Source: a virus (Duplodnaviria; Heunggongvirae; Uroviricota; Caudoviricetes). Taken from it: 47,890 nucleotides of DNA. Every line of letters begins with the position of its first letter. The first letter of the stretch is position 1. This document shows positions 30,075-38,909 of the stretch, one piece after another. The notes below the pieces were generated by a model. The model was not told the origin of the DNA, ran no database searches, and worked only from the letters and a program-made list of their open reading frames with translations. The stretch is from IMG/VR virus record IMGVR_UViG_2671180896_000002; one strand, 5' to 3'. Made by a program: the position numbers and the translations under genes.

Positions 30075-30673
30075 TACGCAAACTCCAGTAGTTGTGCGGC
30101 CACATTTTCAACTTCCTCCTGAGAGGAGAATTTACGGAACAGAATCCAGTTCCACAGCACATTCAGTACAGATTTATAAACCTGCTGAAACTCGACTTCG
30201 TCCATATTCGCAAAAGCGATGGATTTTGCCCGACGCCCACGGCTACCGTCCGGATAAATATGCTCGGTGTAAAATCCGGCCTGAATGGTTACCCACTCGC
30301 GGAAAGCCTCAAACGACTTTAGCAACGCCGTATCCCGGGTTCTACGAGTCGCAACGGTGTTAAGGTATTGCTCTGCGGCATCACTCAGGGCTGGCGTGTG
30401 TTCCCGACCAACTGATTCGCACAGGTAATCAACGAAACCAGACAGCAGTTCTCGTTCGCGAGGCGTGATCGCCCCACCGACCGGAGTCCAGTAATCGAAT
30501 CCCAGTTGCAGGAGTTTGAAAAAACGCTTGTGGAATGCGTAGTTACGCACACGCTTAAAGTCTGCGTGTATCCACTCACCTATTTTGATTTGATGCAGAA
30601 AATCGCAACTCTCCGGCGTCGCCGGGAGAAGTAAACCAGAAGAAGTTTGTTTGACCAGTTGTATATGCGCCAT
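30074..30673 (-). CDS. Hypothetical nin-region protein (199 aa)
   Basis: ORF translationally coupled (ATGA overlap) to the YbcO-like gene; no confident family assignment. Confidence 0.5.
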   Translation of the reverse strand: MAHIQLVKQTSSGLLLPATPESCDFLHQIKIGEWIHADFKRVRNYAFHKRFFKLLQLGFDYWTPVGGAITPRERELLSGFVDYLCESVGREHTPALSDAAEQYLNTVATRRTRDTALLKSFEAFREWVTIQAGFYTEHIYPDGSRGRRAKSIAFANMDEVEFQQVYKSVLNVLWNWILFRKFSSQEEVENVAAQLLEFA

Positions 30674-30946
30674 TTCTCAATCTCTCGATGGCGCAGTGCA
30701 GCAGATGCCAGTTGTTCAGGCTGACGTATAAAGTATAAATAAACTGGTTCCAGTGTAAAGCCCCCACCTTAATGGAATAAAAACCAAACAACAGATTGCT
30801 GGGATACAAACAACGCTTATTATTAAAAGCGGTTAAACAAATTAAATTTTAATGTTATGCAAATTTGTCAGATCACCATAATATCTCATTTGAAAACCGC
30901 TGAAATAACAGCCCTATCAGGGTTAATCATATTAAGGTGAGTAAAT

Positions 30947-31033
30947 ATGGAAAACAACAAATCTGTACATTACGTTCCTTTTTTATCTGTAATACTTTTT
31001 GTTTTATGCTGTGCGTGGGCATTATTTTTATAA
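30947..31033 (+). CDS. Small hydrophobic peptide (28 aa), candidate small membrane protein/toxin
   Basis: ATG preceded by AAGGTGAG SD at 6-nt spacing; MENNKSVHYVPFLSVILFVLCCAWALFL, a single predicted TM segment; not in the supplied ORF track (too short). Confidence 0.3.
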   Translation: MENNKSVHYVPFLSVILFVLCCAWALFL

Positions 31034-31124
31034 AAATATTTACAGATGAAGTAAACCCGCCAATCAGGTTAACTGTGGCTGCGTTGAGGATGCATAATAC
31101 ATCAGAGGTTGCGGGGATTTCTCC

Positions 31125-31147
31125 CATAAGCGCTAACTTAAGGGTTG
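31125..31147. repeat. IS186 left terminal inverted repeat
   Basis: CATAAGCGCTAACTTAAGGGTTG; exact reverse complement of 32441-32463. Confidence 0.9.
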
Positions 31148-31173
31148 TGGTATTACGCCTGATATGATTTAAC

Positions 31174-32292
31174 GTGCCGATGAATTACTCTCACGATAAC
31201 TGGTCAGCAATTCTGGCCCATATTGGTAAGCCCGAAGAACTGGATACTTCGGCACGTAATGCCGGGGCTCTAACCCGCCGCCGCGAAATTCGTGATGCTG
31301 CAACTCTGCTACGTCTGGGGCTGGCTTACGGCCCCGGGGGGATGTCATTACGTGAAGTCACTGCATGGGCTCAGCTCCATGACGTTGCAACATTATCTGA
31401 CGTGGCTCTCCTGAAGCGGCTGCGGAATGCCGCCGACTGGTTTGGCATACTTGCCGCACAAACACTTGCTGTACGCGCCGCAGTTACGGGTTGTACAAGC
31501 GGAAAGAGATTGCGTCTTGTCGATGGAACAGCAATCAGTGCGCCCGGGGGCGGCAGCGCTGAATGGCGACTACATATGGGATATGATCCTCATACCTGTC
31601 AGTTCACTGATTTTGAGCTAACCGACAGCAGAGACGCTGAACGGCTGGACCGATTTGCGCAAACGGCAGACGAGATACGCATTGCTGACCGGGGATTCGG
31701 TTCGCGTCCCGAATGTATCCGCTCACTTGCTTTTGGAGAAGCTGATTATATCGTCCGGGTTCACTGGCGAGGATTGCGCTGGTTAACTGTAGAAGGAATG
31801 CGCTTTGACATGATGGGTTTTCTGCGCGGGCTGGATTGCGGTAAGAACGGTGAAACCACTGTAATGATAGGCAATTCAGGTAATAAAAAAGCCGGAGCGC
31901 CCTTTCCGGCACGTCTCATTGCCGTATCACTTCCTCCCGAAAAAGCATTAATCAGTAAAACCCGACTGCTCAGCGAGAATCGTCGAAAAGGACGAGTAGT
32001 TCAGGCGGAAACGCTGGAAGCAGCGGGCCATGTGCTATTGCTAACATCATTACCGGAAGATGAATATTCAGCAGAGCAAGTGGCTGATTGTTACCGTCTG
32101 CGATGGCAAATTGAACTGGCTTTTAAGCGGCTCAAAAGTTTGCTGCACCTGGATGCTTTGCGTGCAAAGGAACCTGAACTCGCGAAAGCGTGGATATTTG
32201 CTAATCTACTCGCCGCATTTTTAATTGACGACATAATCCAGCCATCGCTGGATTTCCCCCCCAGAAGTGCCGGATCCGAAAAGAAGAACTAA
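31174..32292 (+). CDS. insL: IS186 transposase (IS4 family, DDE)
   Basis: 372-aa ORF (M)PMNYSHDNWSAILAHIGKPEELDTSARNAGALTRRREIRDAATLLRLGLAYGPGG..., recognisable as IS186/IS421 transposase; sits inside the inverted repeats. Confidence 0.9.
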   Translation: MPMNYSHDNWSAILAHIGKPEELDTSARNAGALTRRREIRDAATLLRLGLAYGPGGMSLREVTAWAQLHDVATLSDVALLKRLRNAADWFGILAAQTLAVRAAVTGCTSGKRLRLVDGTAISAPGGGSAEWRLHMGYDPHTCQFTDFELTDSRDAERLDRFAQTADEIRIADRGFGSRPECIRSLAFGEADYIVRVHWRGLRWLTVEGMRFDMMGFLRGLDCGKNGETTVMIGNSGNKKAGAPFPARLIAVSLPPEKALISKTRLLSENRRKGRVVQAETLEAAGHVLLLTSLPEDEYSAEQVADCYRLRWQIELAFKRLKSLLHLDALRAKEPELAKAWIFANLLAAFLIDDIIQPSLDFPPRSAGSEKKN

Positions 32293-32440
32293 CTCGTTGT
32301 GGAGAATAACAAAAATGGTCATCTGGAGCTTACAGGTGGCCATTCGTGGGACAGTATCCCTGACAGCCTACAAAACGCAATTGAAGAACGCGAGGCATCG
32401 TCTTAACGAGGCACCGAGGCGTCGCATTCTTCAGATGGTT

Positions 32441-32463
32441 CAACCCTTAAGTTAGCGCTTATG
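32441..32463. repeat. IS186 right terminal inverted repeat
   Basis: CAACCCTTAAGTTAGCGCTTATG; exact reverse complement of 31125-31147. Confidence 0.9.
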
Positions 32464-32485
32464 GGATTTCTCCCCGCCGGTCCTC

Positions 32486-32641
32486 TTACTCCCCAAGTTC
32501 GTAAGCTGTGAAGACAGCGACCTCCGTCTGGTCGGTTCGGATTCGTACCTCGCAGAGGTCTTTCCTCGTTACCAGTACCGTCACTATAACGGTTAAACAG
32601 ATGACGATCAGGGCGACTAACATCGCCTTTTGCTGCTTCAT
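32486..32641 (-). CDS. hok: Hok/Gef-family type I toxin (small membrane toxin)
   Basis: MKQQKAMLVALIVICLTVIVTVLVTRKDLCEVRIRTDQTEVAVFTAYELGE (51 aa), near-identical in pattern to HokD/RelF and HokC; the supplied ORF extends in frame upstream to 32698. Confidence 0.85.
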   Translation of the reverse strand: MKQQKAMLVALIVICLTVIVTVLVTRKDLCEVRIRTDQTEVAVFTAYELGE

Positions 32642-32970
32642 AGCCTGCTTCTCCTTGCCTTTCGGCACGTAAGAGGCTAACCTACATGTGCAAAGCATGA
32701 AATTGGCCTCAGATTAATGTTAAGCGTCTTGCCGGATGCGTAATGTTAACTGGGGCTTTTCTCTATCTGCCTTTGATGTTCATGCCCGAGGCAGATAGCC
32801 TCAAGTATCCGCAGCTATTTGTCTGCTGTTACCACCTACCTGCGCCAATCACTGACTCTACAAAGATCTATCCGCGATAACATTTTGAGTTTAAGAACTT
32901 TTGCGTACGCACCAAAAGATGCATATACTAGACTAGTCATAGTTCTAATCTGCTTGATTATGGAGTCAGG

Positions 32971-34029
32971 ATGAGTTTCCTTTCTGAACAAGACGTACAA
33001 AATTTAGTCATTAATAAAATGATCTTTCACGTTGTAGGTAAGAATCTTGAAGCACCGACACTTCTCAAAGAAATAAAACCAGTTCAGCATGTGGATTTTT
33101 TTCTTGAACGTATCAAATCTTCACTGAAAGGAAATCTTTTCACTTTTCTGGAGAATTCAAATACCGAAAGAATCCTGCGTATCATTAGAGATAAAGCAGA
33201 TGCTGAAGCTAATTGTTTTACAGAACAATCGAAGCTACTGGCCAGTGATTTTCAGTCACACCATTCTAGCGGTAACACGAGTATGGGATGCTTTTTCTTA
33301 TTTGAATTGGTTTCAGATAAGGAAAAATTATATGCAATTATAAAATACGATAATGAAGATGTGGTTCGTTATGTTCTTGACGAAAAGTTATCTGAAGAAC
33401 AAATGCCTACTTTAGAAAGATTTCATGAAACTTTCGTAAAAAAAGCTGAGGCAATGCAAAAAATAGCGTTAATTCAACTTGATCCAAGTGGGAAAGGCGG
33501 GAAAGTTATTGTAAAAGACAGGAGTAAAAGAACCAATATTTCAGGATATTTTAAAGGCTTCTTAAATGTTAAAAGAGTCAACTCTGAAATTGAACTTTGC
33601 AATAAGCTTATTGATGCGCTGAAAATAACCTTCAAAAGGCATAAAGAATTATTACCAGAGTCAATTCAAAAAAGCGGCGTAAATAAAATATATGAAGTTT
33701 TAAGCAGAGCTGATTTCGAATATAATCCTGAAGATGCTTCTCCGTTATTGACCAGCATTTTTGGGCCGTTAGATGAAAAATCACCAATTCTCAACACATT
33801 CAAAACTCAAACAAAAAATGCTGGTATTGAAGGCGAATCCTTTACTGTAAAAGCAGATGGCATTCATAAACCACCAAGACGAAAAATTGAAACTGCAGAA
33901 AGTGTAGTAATTAGTTATAATGAAGATGACCGTCCAGAAATAAGAAACTTAGATGATGGGCGAAAACAAATTATTGTTACTACTGCGAGGATTATTACTG
34001 ATGACATCGATACTTCAAAAAATCGATGA
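32971..34029 (+). CDS. NdpA/YejK (NA37)-like nucleoid-associated-protein-family protein, 352 aa
   Basis: ATG with GGAG SD; motifs NKMIFHVVGKN, MGCFFLFELVSDKEKLYAIIKYD and ISGYFKGFLNVKRV parallel YejK motifs (ALHQLIK, GGFVLFCHYRYLAVEYLL, YLTFLKGRVGRKV) as recalled; AT-rich gene on the strand opposite to flanking phage genes. Confidence 0.55.
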   Translation: MSFLSEQDVQNLVINKMIFHVVGKNLEAPTLLKEIKPVQHVDFFLERIKSSLKGNLFTFLENSNTERILRIIRDKADAEANCFTEQSKLLASDFQSHHSSGNTSMGCFFLFELVSDKEKLYAIIKYDNEDVVRYVLDEKLSEEQMPTLERFHETFVKKAEAMQKIALIQLDPSGKGGKVIVKDRSKRTNISGYFKGFLNVKRVNSEIELCNKLIDALKITFKRHKELLPESIQKSGVNKIYEVLSRADFEYNPEDASPLLTSIFGPLDEKSPILNTFKTQTKNAGIEGESFTVKADGIHKPPRRKIETAESVVISYNEDDRPEIRNLDDGRKQIIVTTARIITDDIDTSKNR

Positions 34030-35434
34030 GTCTATACAGGCGTCAAGGAAAGACCCTGAATTTTTGGCATCAGAATCAATAAAAAATGATTCTGCGCGCG
34101 TTCTAATTTCTGCCAAAATGGACAAAGATGCACTCATTCTTTGGCAGTACGTTTACGAAAACGTACCAAATTGGATTGAAATTACTGTTAAAGATGACTG
34201 TAATGACGAAGTAAAACCATCGTCATGCAGTGAAGGTGATAAACTTAACATTACGCTAAAATGCATTGCATTCGAAAATAACAGGTATATTTTTACGCTC
34301 GAAGGGTGGAATGTTTTTCTACACAATGATGATTTAGTATCAATAACCAATAAAGTGAATATTCTCGGTTTGAAACATGGATTTGAAACTTTAGGATATT
34401 CTGTTGAGCCATGGAACCATGCTCCAGAAAAAATTGAACCTAATGAAACCGTACGAACTTCAATCAATTTACAGAGCTACGTTAAATTCTATTCTAGTGA
34501 GTTCATGCCTGCATCTGATATAGCTCCTTGGGTACTTTATAAAATGCCTGAGGCAGAGGACAACTTTTTCAAAAAATGGTTACAAGTTTCCTGCAATATG
34601 CTTTGTCGCACTCTCGTTAATGAATTATTAGCAGATGAAAAGAAATCAATTTGTTTAACTGGAAAGCCACCAAAAAAATTAATTTATGGAGATCCAGACA
34701 TTCTGCTTTCCGACTATTCAGTTTTACAAACTGTAATAAACTGGATCTTTATTGAGGGCAATGAGATTGAACTCAAACATACTTTCTTCACAAGTGAGTT
34801 AGCACGAGAATGGCCAGAGTATGTATCCTTCTGTGAGGGTTTACCAAAAAAACTCCCTATGGCCTTTGAGTCAGCAAAATTACTATATAAGGCCCACATT
34901 CGCGCTAGCAGCAGAGAGACTATTAAATCTCTGTCCGATCTAAGGAAAACCTTAGCTGAAGACACGCAAAAAATAATAAGTCAGTCTAAAGACATCACAT
35001 CCGCTCTTTGGAAAGATCTGGCTCTGGTTATAAGTCTATTTGCAATAAAATATGCGCTAGACGCATCAAAGATTAATATAACCAATAACATATTCCCATA
35101 TATGTTCTTCGCGTTATCTATATATATTTTTATATCTCAGGTTACAACTCTCTTCATAAATAAAAATTACTTTAAGATACTTGATAATACTAGGCTAGTC
35201 TGGAGAGATAAACTATATGGTTTTCTTGATGATACTGACTATGAGAATCTTGCAGTCACACCATTAAGAGAGGCATACAAAGCTTATCAGATTATAGCCA
35301 CATTCGTTGTGATTCTGACTTTGCTGATTTCATTTATAATGATCATATTAGGATTCTCAATGCTTGATGAACATGCTACGAATGCAATTACCTCTTGGCT
35401 CAGTTCTCACTTAATCAATAGTTACTGTAGTTAA
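34001..35434 (+). CDS. Membrane protein, ~477 aa: N-terminal soluble domain plus three or more C-terminal transmembrane helices
   Basis: Start ATG 34001 (MTSILQKIDESIQ...) overlaps the upstream gene by 29 nt (supplied ORF begins at 33953); C-terminal hydrophobic segments LALVISLFAIKYAL, IFPYMFFALSIYIFISQVTTLFI, IIATFVVILTLLISFIMIILGFSML. Confidence 0.6.
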   Translation: MTSILQKIDESIQASRKDPEFLASESIKNDSARVLISAKMDKDALILWQYVYENVPNWIEITVKDDCNDEVKPSSCSEGDKLNITLKCIAFENNRYIFTLEGWNVFLHNDDLVSITNKVNILGLKHGFETLGYSVEPWNHAPEKIEPNETVRTSINLQSYVKFYSSEFMPASDIAPWVLYKMPEAEDNFFKKWLQVSCNMLCRTLVNELLADEKKSICLTGKPPKKLIYGDPDILLSDYSVLQTVINWIFIEGNEIELKHTFFTSELAREWPEYVSFCEGLPKKLPMAFESAKLLYKAHIRASSRETIKSLSDLRKTLAEDTQKIISQSKDITSALWKDLALVISLFAIKYALDASKINITNNIFPYMFFALSIYIFISQVTTLFINKNYFKILDNTRLVWRDKLYGFLDDTDYENLAVTPLREAYKAYQIIATFVVILTLLISFIMIILGFSMLDEHATNAITSWLSSHLINSYCS

Positions 35435-35464
35435 TTTAAGGCGAGAGAAACTCGCCTTAAAAAA

Positions 35465-35995
35465 TCAACGGTAATAGATACAACCTGCAATAAATCCCAT
35501 TGCCATTTGCATTTTTTTCCTTATTTTACCATCTGAACATTCGTTTATCTTAGCTAAACAACGCAATGAAACTCTCATAACAAAATGAGCGATAATTAAC
35601 TCATAGTCATCTATCCTATATTGTTTAAGCCTCAACATGCAGGTATCAATTATACCCCCTTCATCATTGCTGCACTGACGACGTGATTTTTTACCATGAG
35701 GAACAACATTTTTATATTTATCAGCTATTTCCTGCCAATCAATAGAACTATTTTCAGCTACAGCCCAGGCTCCCCAACCGTCCAAAATATCATATATATT
35801 AGCATTGCTATCTACCTGTTTTTTATATTCTTTTTTGAAGCGCGCAAGAAGCATCCTAGCCATCGTTATTATTTCTATACTTGTAACTGATTCATAAGCA
35901 TCAGGAGAAATAATTCTCCCATCACTTAATGCCCCATCACTAAGATTTGCTATTTCCAATAATCGTTCTTTAGTTATTTCCATTATTATCTCCAC
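35465..35995 (-). CDS. Q-like antitermination protein (QuuD / Phage_antitermQ-like family)
   Basis: Contains DGWGAWAVAEN...KKSRRQCSNDEGGIIDTCMLRLKQ...CLAKINECSDGKIRKKMQMAMGFIAGC matching the WGAWA and Cys-pair pattern of DLP12 QuuD as recalled; start may be an internal Met (MARML..., 35863); AT-rich. Confidence 0.5.
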   Translation of the reverse strand: MEIIMEITKERLLEIANLSDGALSDGRIISPDAYESVTSIEIITMARMLLARFKKEYKKQVDSNANIYDILDGWGAWAVAENSSIDWQEIADKYKNVVPHGKKSRRQCSNDEGGIIDTCMLRLKQYRIDDYELIIAHFVMRVSLRCLAKINECSDGKIRKKMQMAMGFIAGCIYYR

Positions 35996-36143
35996 CGCCT
36001 TTTCGGGCGGCCTCCTGATGATTTGAGAGTGCAGAAATTCCTCCGGTTAAGGACTCTATTTTATTCACAGTGCTGAATTTAATTATTCAGATTTGGATTA
36101 TGCTTTCTCTTTCACTTCACCAAGTTCCGATTATTAATTTGGC

Positions 36144-36566
36144 TCACAACAGCACCTCTTGAAAGTTTCCCCGATAAAACGCCAGTACACGCTGCATAAC
36201 TTCTCTTTTACGGCACTCACTACAAATTATATTATGACGCCTGTCGTAACGACGTATTTCTCCGTCAGATAACGAGCAGATAAGGTCAGGATCAACCATA
36301 ACCGGTTCCTTCGACTTTGCACTCGAGAGTTTTTTGCTGGCGTTTTGCCAGTCTTTACGTGCCTGCTCAGACGGGAATAACCCGTAGCCAGAGTTGTATA
36401 CGTAACCACTCGAAACCAGCTCTTTGGCGAGAATACTTATCAGATATCTGGTTGCCCCTGTTTTAGCTTCCAGTTGTCGTAACGTCTCTCGCTCACTCTG
36501 GCGTACGAGATCAACAATCTGCCCTTTAATTTTTTCTCGCTCTTCCTGTGTTAATACTTTTGCCAT
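36144..36566 (-). CDS. Hypothetical protein (140 aa)
   Basis: ATG at 36566 with GGGGAGGG SD (supplied ORF extends to 36632); Cys pair near C-terminus (CSECRK); between YdaW-like and Q-like genes. Confidence 0.5.
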   Translation of the reverse strand: MAKVLTQEEREKIKGQIVDLVRQSERETLRQLEAKTGATRYLISILAKELVSSGYVYNSGYGLFPSEQARKDWQNASKKLSSAKSKEPVMVDPDLICSLSDGEIRRYDRRHNIICSECRKREVMQRVLAFYRGNFQEVLL

Positions 36567-36582
36567 AAGCCCTCCCCTAGAA

Positions 36583-37332
36583 TCACTTTTCCGACACAAT
36601 ACGACTGGAGGAATCGACAATCTGACGGACAATATCCTGGTGCTTGTTCAGCTCACGCAGCGCGGCGCAGACTCGCTCCCACTTCTGGACATGACTTTTC
36701 GCCCGACGCAGTTCGCGGTTTGCCATATGCAGCGATGGTAAAACCAGGTCATCTGCTCGCGTTTCAGTGAACGATGGCAGCGGCTGCACAATGTCCGCCA
36801 CAGTTTCTGTTTTAATTTCTTCCTGTATTGCAGCCTCCTGTACTGGTAAAACAACACCTGCGGGCTGAGGAAAGGCCTTACCATCAGTTTCCGCTACCGA
36901 TGCTGCTTTCGGCTCTGCTGGTAAATTATCGCCCGGTATGCAGTAACGAAATTTACCGCCCTGATTTACGCGAATCAGACGACCTTTGCTGATTGCCATT
37001 GCCAGCGTTGAAGCCACTTTGCGTGATGTGGTACCAAACAATGTAGCCAGCTCATCAGCCGTTTGTGGTCCGCGTTGTTCAATCGTCGCGGTTAAATCGC
37101 TCTCCGAAATTTTTGTCACTGTTGCCGTAGTAGTTTCTTCCGGCGCTGGCTGTTCCTGCTGAACGTTGTTATCAGCCACACGCCAGGTGTACGCGCTTTT
37201 ATCAACAAAACCAGCCTTTTTCAGTTCCCATAGTTCGTTCAGCACTTCTTCACGACTGATATCAAGTCGCGCAGCAAGTTCTATGGATGTGGCTTTTCCC
37301 ATTGCTTTCAGTGCGTCAAAAACAGTCTCCAT
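36583..37332 (-). CDS. YdaW-like protein, full length (K-12 Rac retains only a pseudogene), probable winged-helix DNA-binding protein
   Basis: Start [43 protein letters not shown]... at 37332 with GGGAGA SD; assigned by synteny downstream of the DnaC-like gene. Confidence 0.5.
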   Translation of the reverse strand: METVFDALKAMGKATSIELAARLDISREEVLNELWELKKAGFVDKSAYTWRVADNNVQQEQPAPEETTTATVTKISESDLTATIEQRGPQTADELATLFGTTSRKVASTLAMAISKGRLIRVNQGGKFRYCIPGDNLPAEPKAASVAETDGKAFPQPAGVVLPVQEAAIQEEIKTETVADIVQPLPSFTETRADDLVLPSLHMANRELRRAKSHVQKWERVCAALRELNKHQDIVRQIVDSSSRIVSEK

Positions 37333-37354
37333 TAAATTTTTCTCCCGGTAAAAA

Positions 37355-38101
37355 TTACTTCGCAATTCCTGGCTGGACGACATTCGGACGCCAGCTCTCC
37401 CAGTTAAAATTCACCCAACGCCCGCCGTTCATGGTCATGCGATCCATAATCCTCTCGCCGAGCAATGGTTTCATGGCCTCATAGTTCAGGTTTGTCAGCA
37501 TTCCCACGCTACGCATCGACGCTGTCCGTCGATCAATAATCTGGTGCAGTACCACCTGCTCGTTTTTCGTCTCGCGCTGAATGCCAATTTCATCAAGAAC
37601 CAGCAGATCCACTTCGCACAGCTCCCGCAAAAATTTTTCGCCTGACTGCCCGTCGTCATAGCTGGCGTGCAGGGCGCTCATAACATCAGCCACGGTAACC
37701 ACAATCACTGTCTGACCGTCTTTCAGCAGGCGATTCCCGATAGCTGCCGCTAAGTGATTCTTCCCGGTACCAGGTTTTCCGCTGAACGCAAAATTTGTAC
37801 ACCCGGTCATCAGTTCATCGGCGATGGATTTCGCCTGGCTTAACGCGTATCGCTGCCCTTCGTTCTGCACCTGGTAATTCGCAAACGAGCATTTGCGGTG
37901 CAACGGCTGGATGCCAGAGCGATTCAGGATTTTTTCCACCCGCAACTGACGATTCAGGCGGTTGATCTCCTCGCAACGTTTCTGGCCTTCAGCAAGTTGC
38001 CACTCGCGCCACTCCGCAACCGTTCTGAATGGGGCGGTTACATGTGGTGGGGTCAGTCTGCGGATACGCTCCAGAACGCCTCCTGTCGCAATATTTTTCA
38101 T
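37355..38101 (-). CDS. ydaV: DnaC-like helicase loader / replication protein (IstB-like AAA+ ATPase)
   Basis: 248-aa ORF with Walker A ([15 protein letters not shown]) and Walker B (LLVLDEIG); same size and position as Rac YdaV. Confidence 0.8.
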   Translation of the reverse strand: MKNIATGGVLERIRRLTPPHVTAPFRTVAEWREWQLAEGQKRCEEINRLNRQLRVEKILNRSGIQPLHRKCSFANYQVQNEGQRYALSQAKSIADELMTGCTNFAFSGKPGTGKNHLAAAIGNRLLKDGQTVIVVTVADVMSALHASYDDGQSGEKFLRELCEVDLLVLDEIGIQRETKNEQVVLHQIIDRRTASMRSVGMLTNLNYEAMKPLLGERIMDRMTMNGGRWVNFNWESWRPNVVQPGIAK

Positions 38102-38107
38102 GGCCTG

Positions 38108-38896
38108 TTACCCCCTGAAGCCTGGCGGGATCGCACTATCCGGTAACGAGACGGTGTTAACCTGTCGGAGTAACGTCTCAGGTCGAACACCTTTCGGCGC
38201 GAACAAGCCCTGGTATTCGTTGGCGATGCTGTGTCGAATCACCTGCTCAGGTGAAAAACCCTGCTGGCGGAATTTTTCCAGCTCCCGTATCGCCCCGTTA
38301 GCGCCCTGCTCCGTTCGAATCGGTTTTCGCAATGCCTGCCTGAACTGAACCCACTCATGCCAGAGTGTTTCCGGCAACCAGTCAGGCAGCTCGATAGCCT
38401 CCGGTTCGAATTTTTTAGACGCTCGTTTTTGGCGAGGGGGATTTAGGGGGAGATAAGTATTTATATCTTCCTCTTTCTCTTCCTCTGGTAACGCTTTTTG
38501 ATCCGTTTTTGTAACGCTGGCAGCGTTACCTTTTCGTTTCAGTTCTCGTATTTTTGTTACTCTCTCGTTTGTAACCGCCCGTTTTTTAGAGCTTTTCCCG
38601 TTATGGCGCTCAAAGTTAGGAAGCGACAACACACCATTAGTTTCGACCAGCCATCCAACCTGAATTAACGCATCAGCAAAACCAGCCATAAAAGTGATGC
38701 GATCTATTGCACTTTTTGTAACGCCGCGAGCGTTACACTCTGCGTTACCGTCTATCATTTGTTGATCCGCCCATGCCCAGAAGCGAATGACTTTCCCTAA
38801 TGCGGCATCTGGATCAATATTCAGAATCTCAGCAAGCCTGAATATTTCCGGCTTATCCGGCGTAATAACTTCGAGCTTTATCCAGTTTGAAGCCAT
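38108..38896 (-). CDS. ydaU: Replication-initiation-region protein, YdaU-like (DUF1376-type), putative O-like function
   Basis: 262-aa ORF immediately upstream of the DnaC-like gene; carries two of three 19-bp palindromes inside its coding sequence; named by Rac synteny. Confidence 0.55.
   Translation of the reverse strand: MASNWIKLEVITPDKPEIFRLAEILNIDPDAALGKVIRFWAWADQQMIDGNAECNARGVTKSAIDRITFMAGFADALIQVGWLVETNGVLSLPNFERHNGKSSKKRAVTNERVTKIRELKRKGNAASVTKTDQKALPEEEKEEDINTYLPLNPPRQKRASKKFEPEAIELPDWLPETLWHEWVQFRQALRKPIRTEQGANGAIRELEKFRQQGFSPEQVIRHSIANEYQGLFAPKGVRPETLLRQVNTVSLPDSAIPPGFRG
38511..38529. repeat. 19-bp palindrome GTAACGC-TGGCA-GCGTTAC (copy 1 of 3)
   Basis: Perfect 7-bp inverted arms with 5-bp spacer, inside ydaU-like gene. 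Confidence 0.8.
38718..38736. repeat. 19-bp palindrome GTAACGC-CGCGA-GCGTTAC (copy 2 of 3)
   Basis: Same arms as copy 1, 207 bp away; an extra GCGTTAC half-site follows at 38742-38748. Confidence 0.8.
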
Positions 38897-38909
38897 TTGT
38901 TTTCACCTT

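Larger units (their letters stand above)
31125..32463 (+). mobile_element. IS186 (IS4 family) insertion sequence, complete copy
   Basis: 1339-bp element bounded by perfect 23-bp inverted repeats CATAAGCGCTAACTTAAGGGTTG (31125-31147, 32441-32463) and flanked by a 10-bp direct repeat GGATTTCTCC (31115-31124, 32464-32473); contains the transposase ORF; GC-rich relative to surroundings. Confidence 0.9.

Noticed and set aside
31604-31912. 102-aa minus-strand ORF inside IS186
   Set aside because: Antisense to the transposase gene within a well-defined IS element; no independent support.
32486-32698. Upstream in-frame extension of the hok ORF (70 aa as given in the ORF track)
   Set aside because: Hok-family toxins are about 50 aa starting MKQ(Q/H)K; the extension has no family support, and the real overlapping mok frame is expected to be out of frame.
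35436-35458. Hairpin AAGGCGAG-AGAAA-CTCGCCTT between the convergent membrane-protein and Q-like genes, considered as a bidirectional terminator
   Set aside because: Flanking runs are in the wrong orientation (T-run 5' and A-run 3' of the stem on both strands), so it does not fit an intrinsic terminator for either gene; may still be a structural element.
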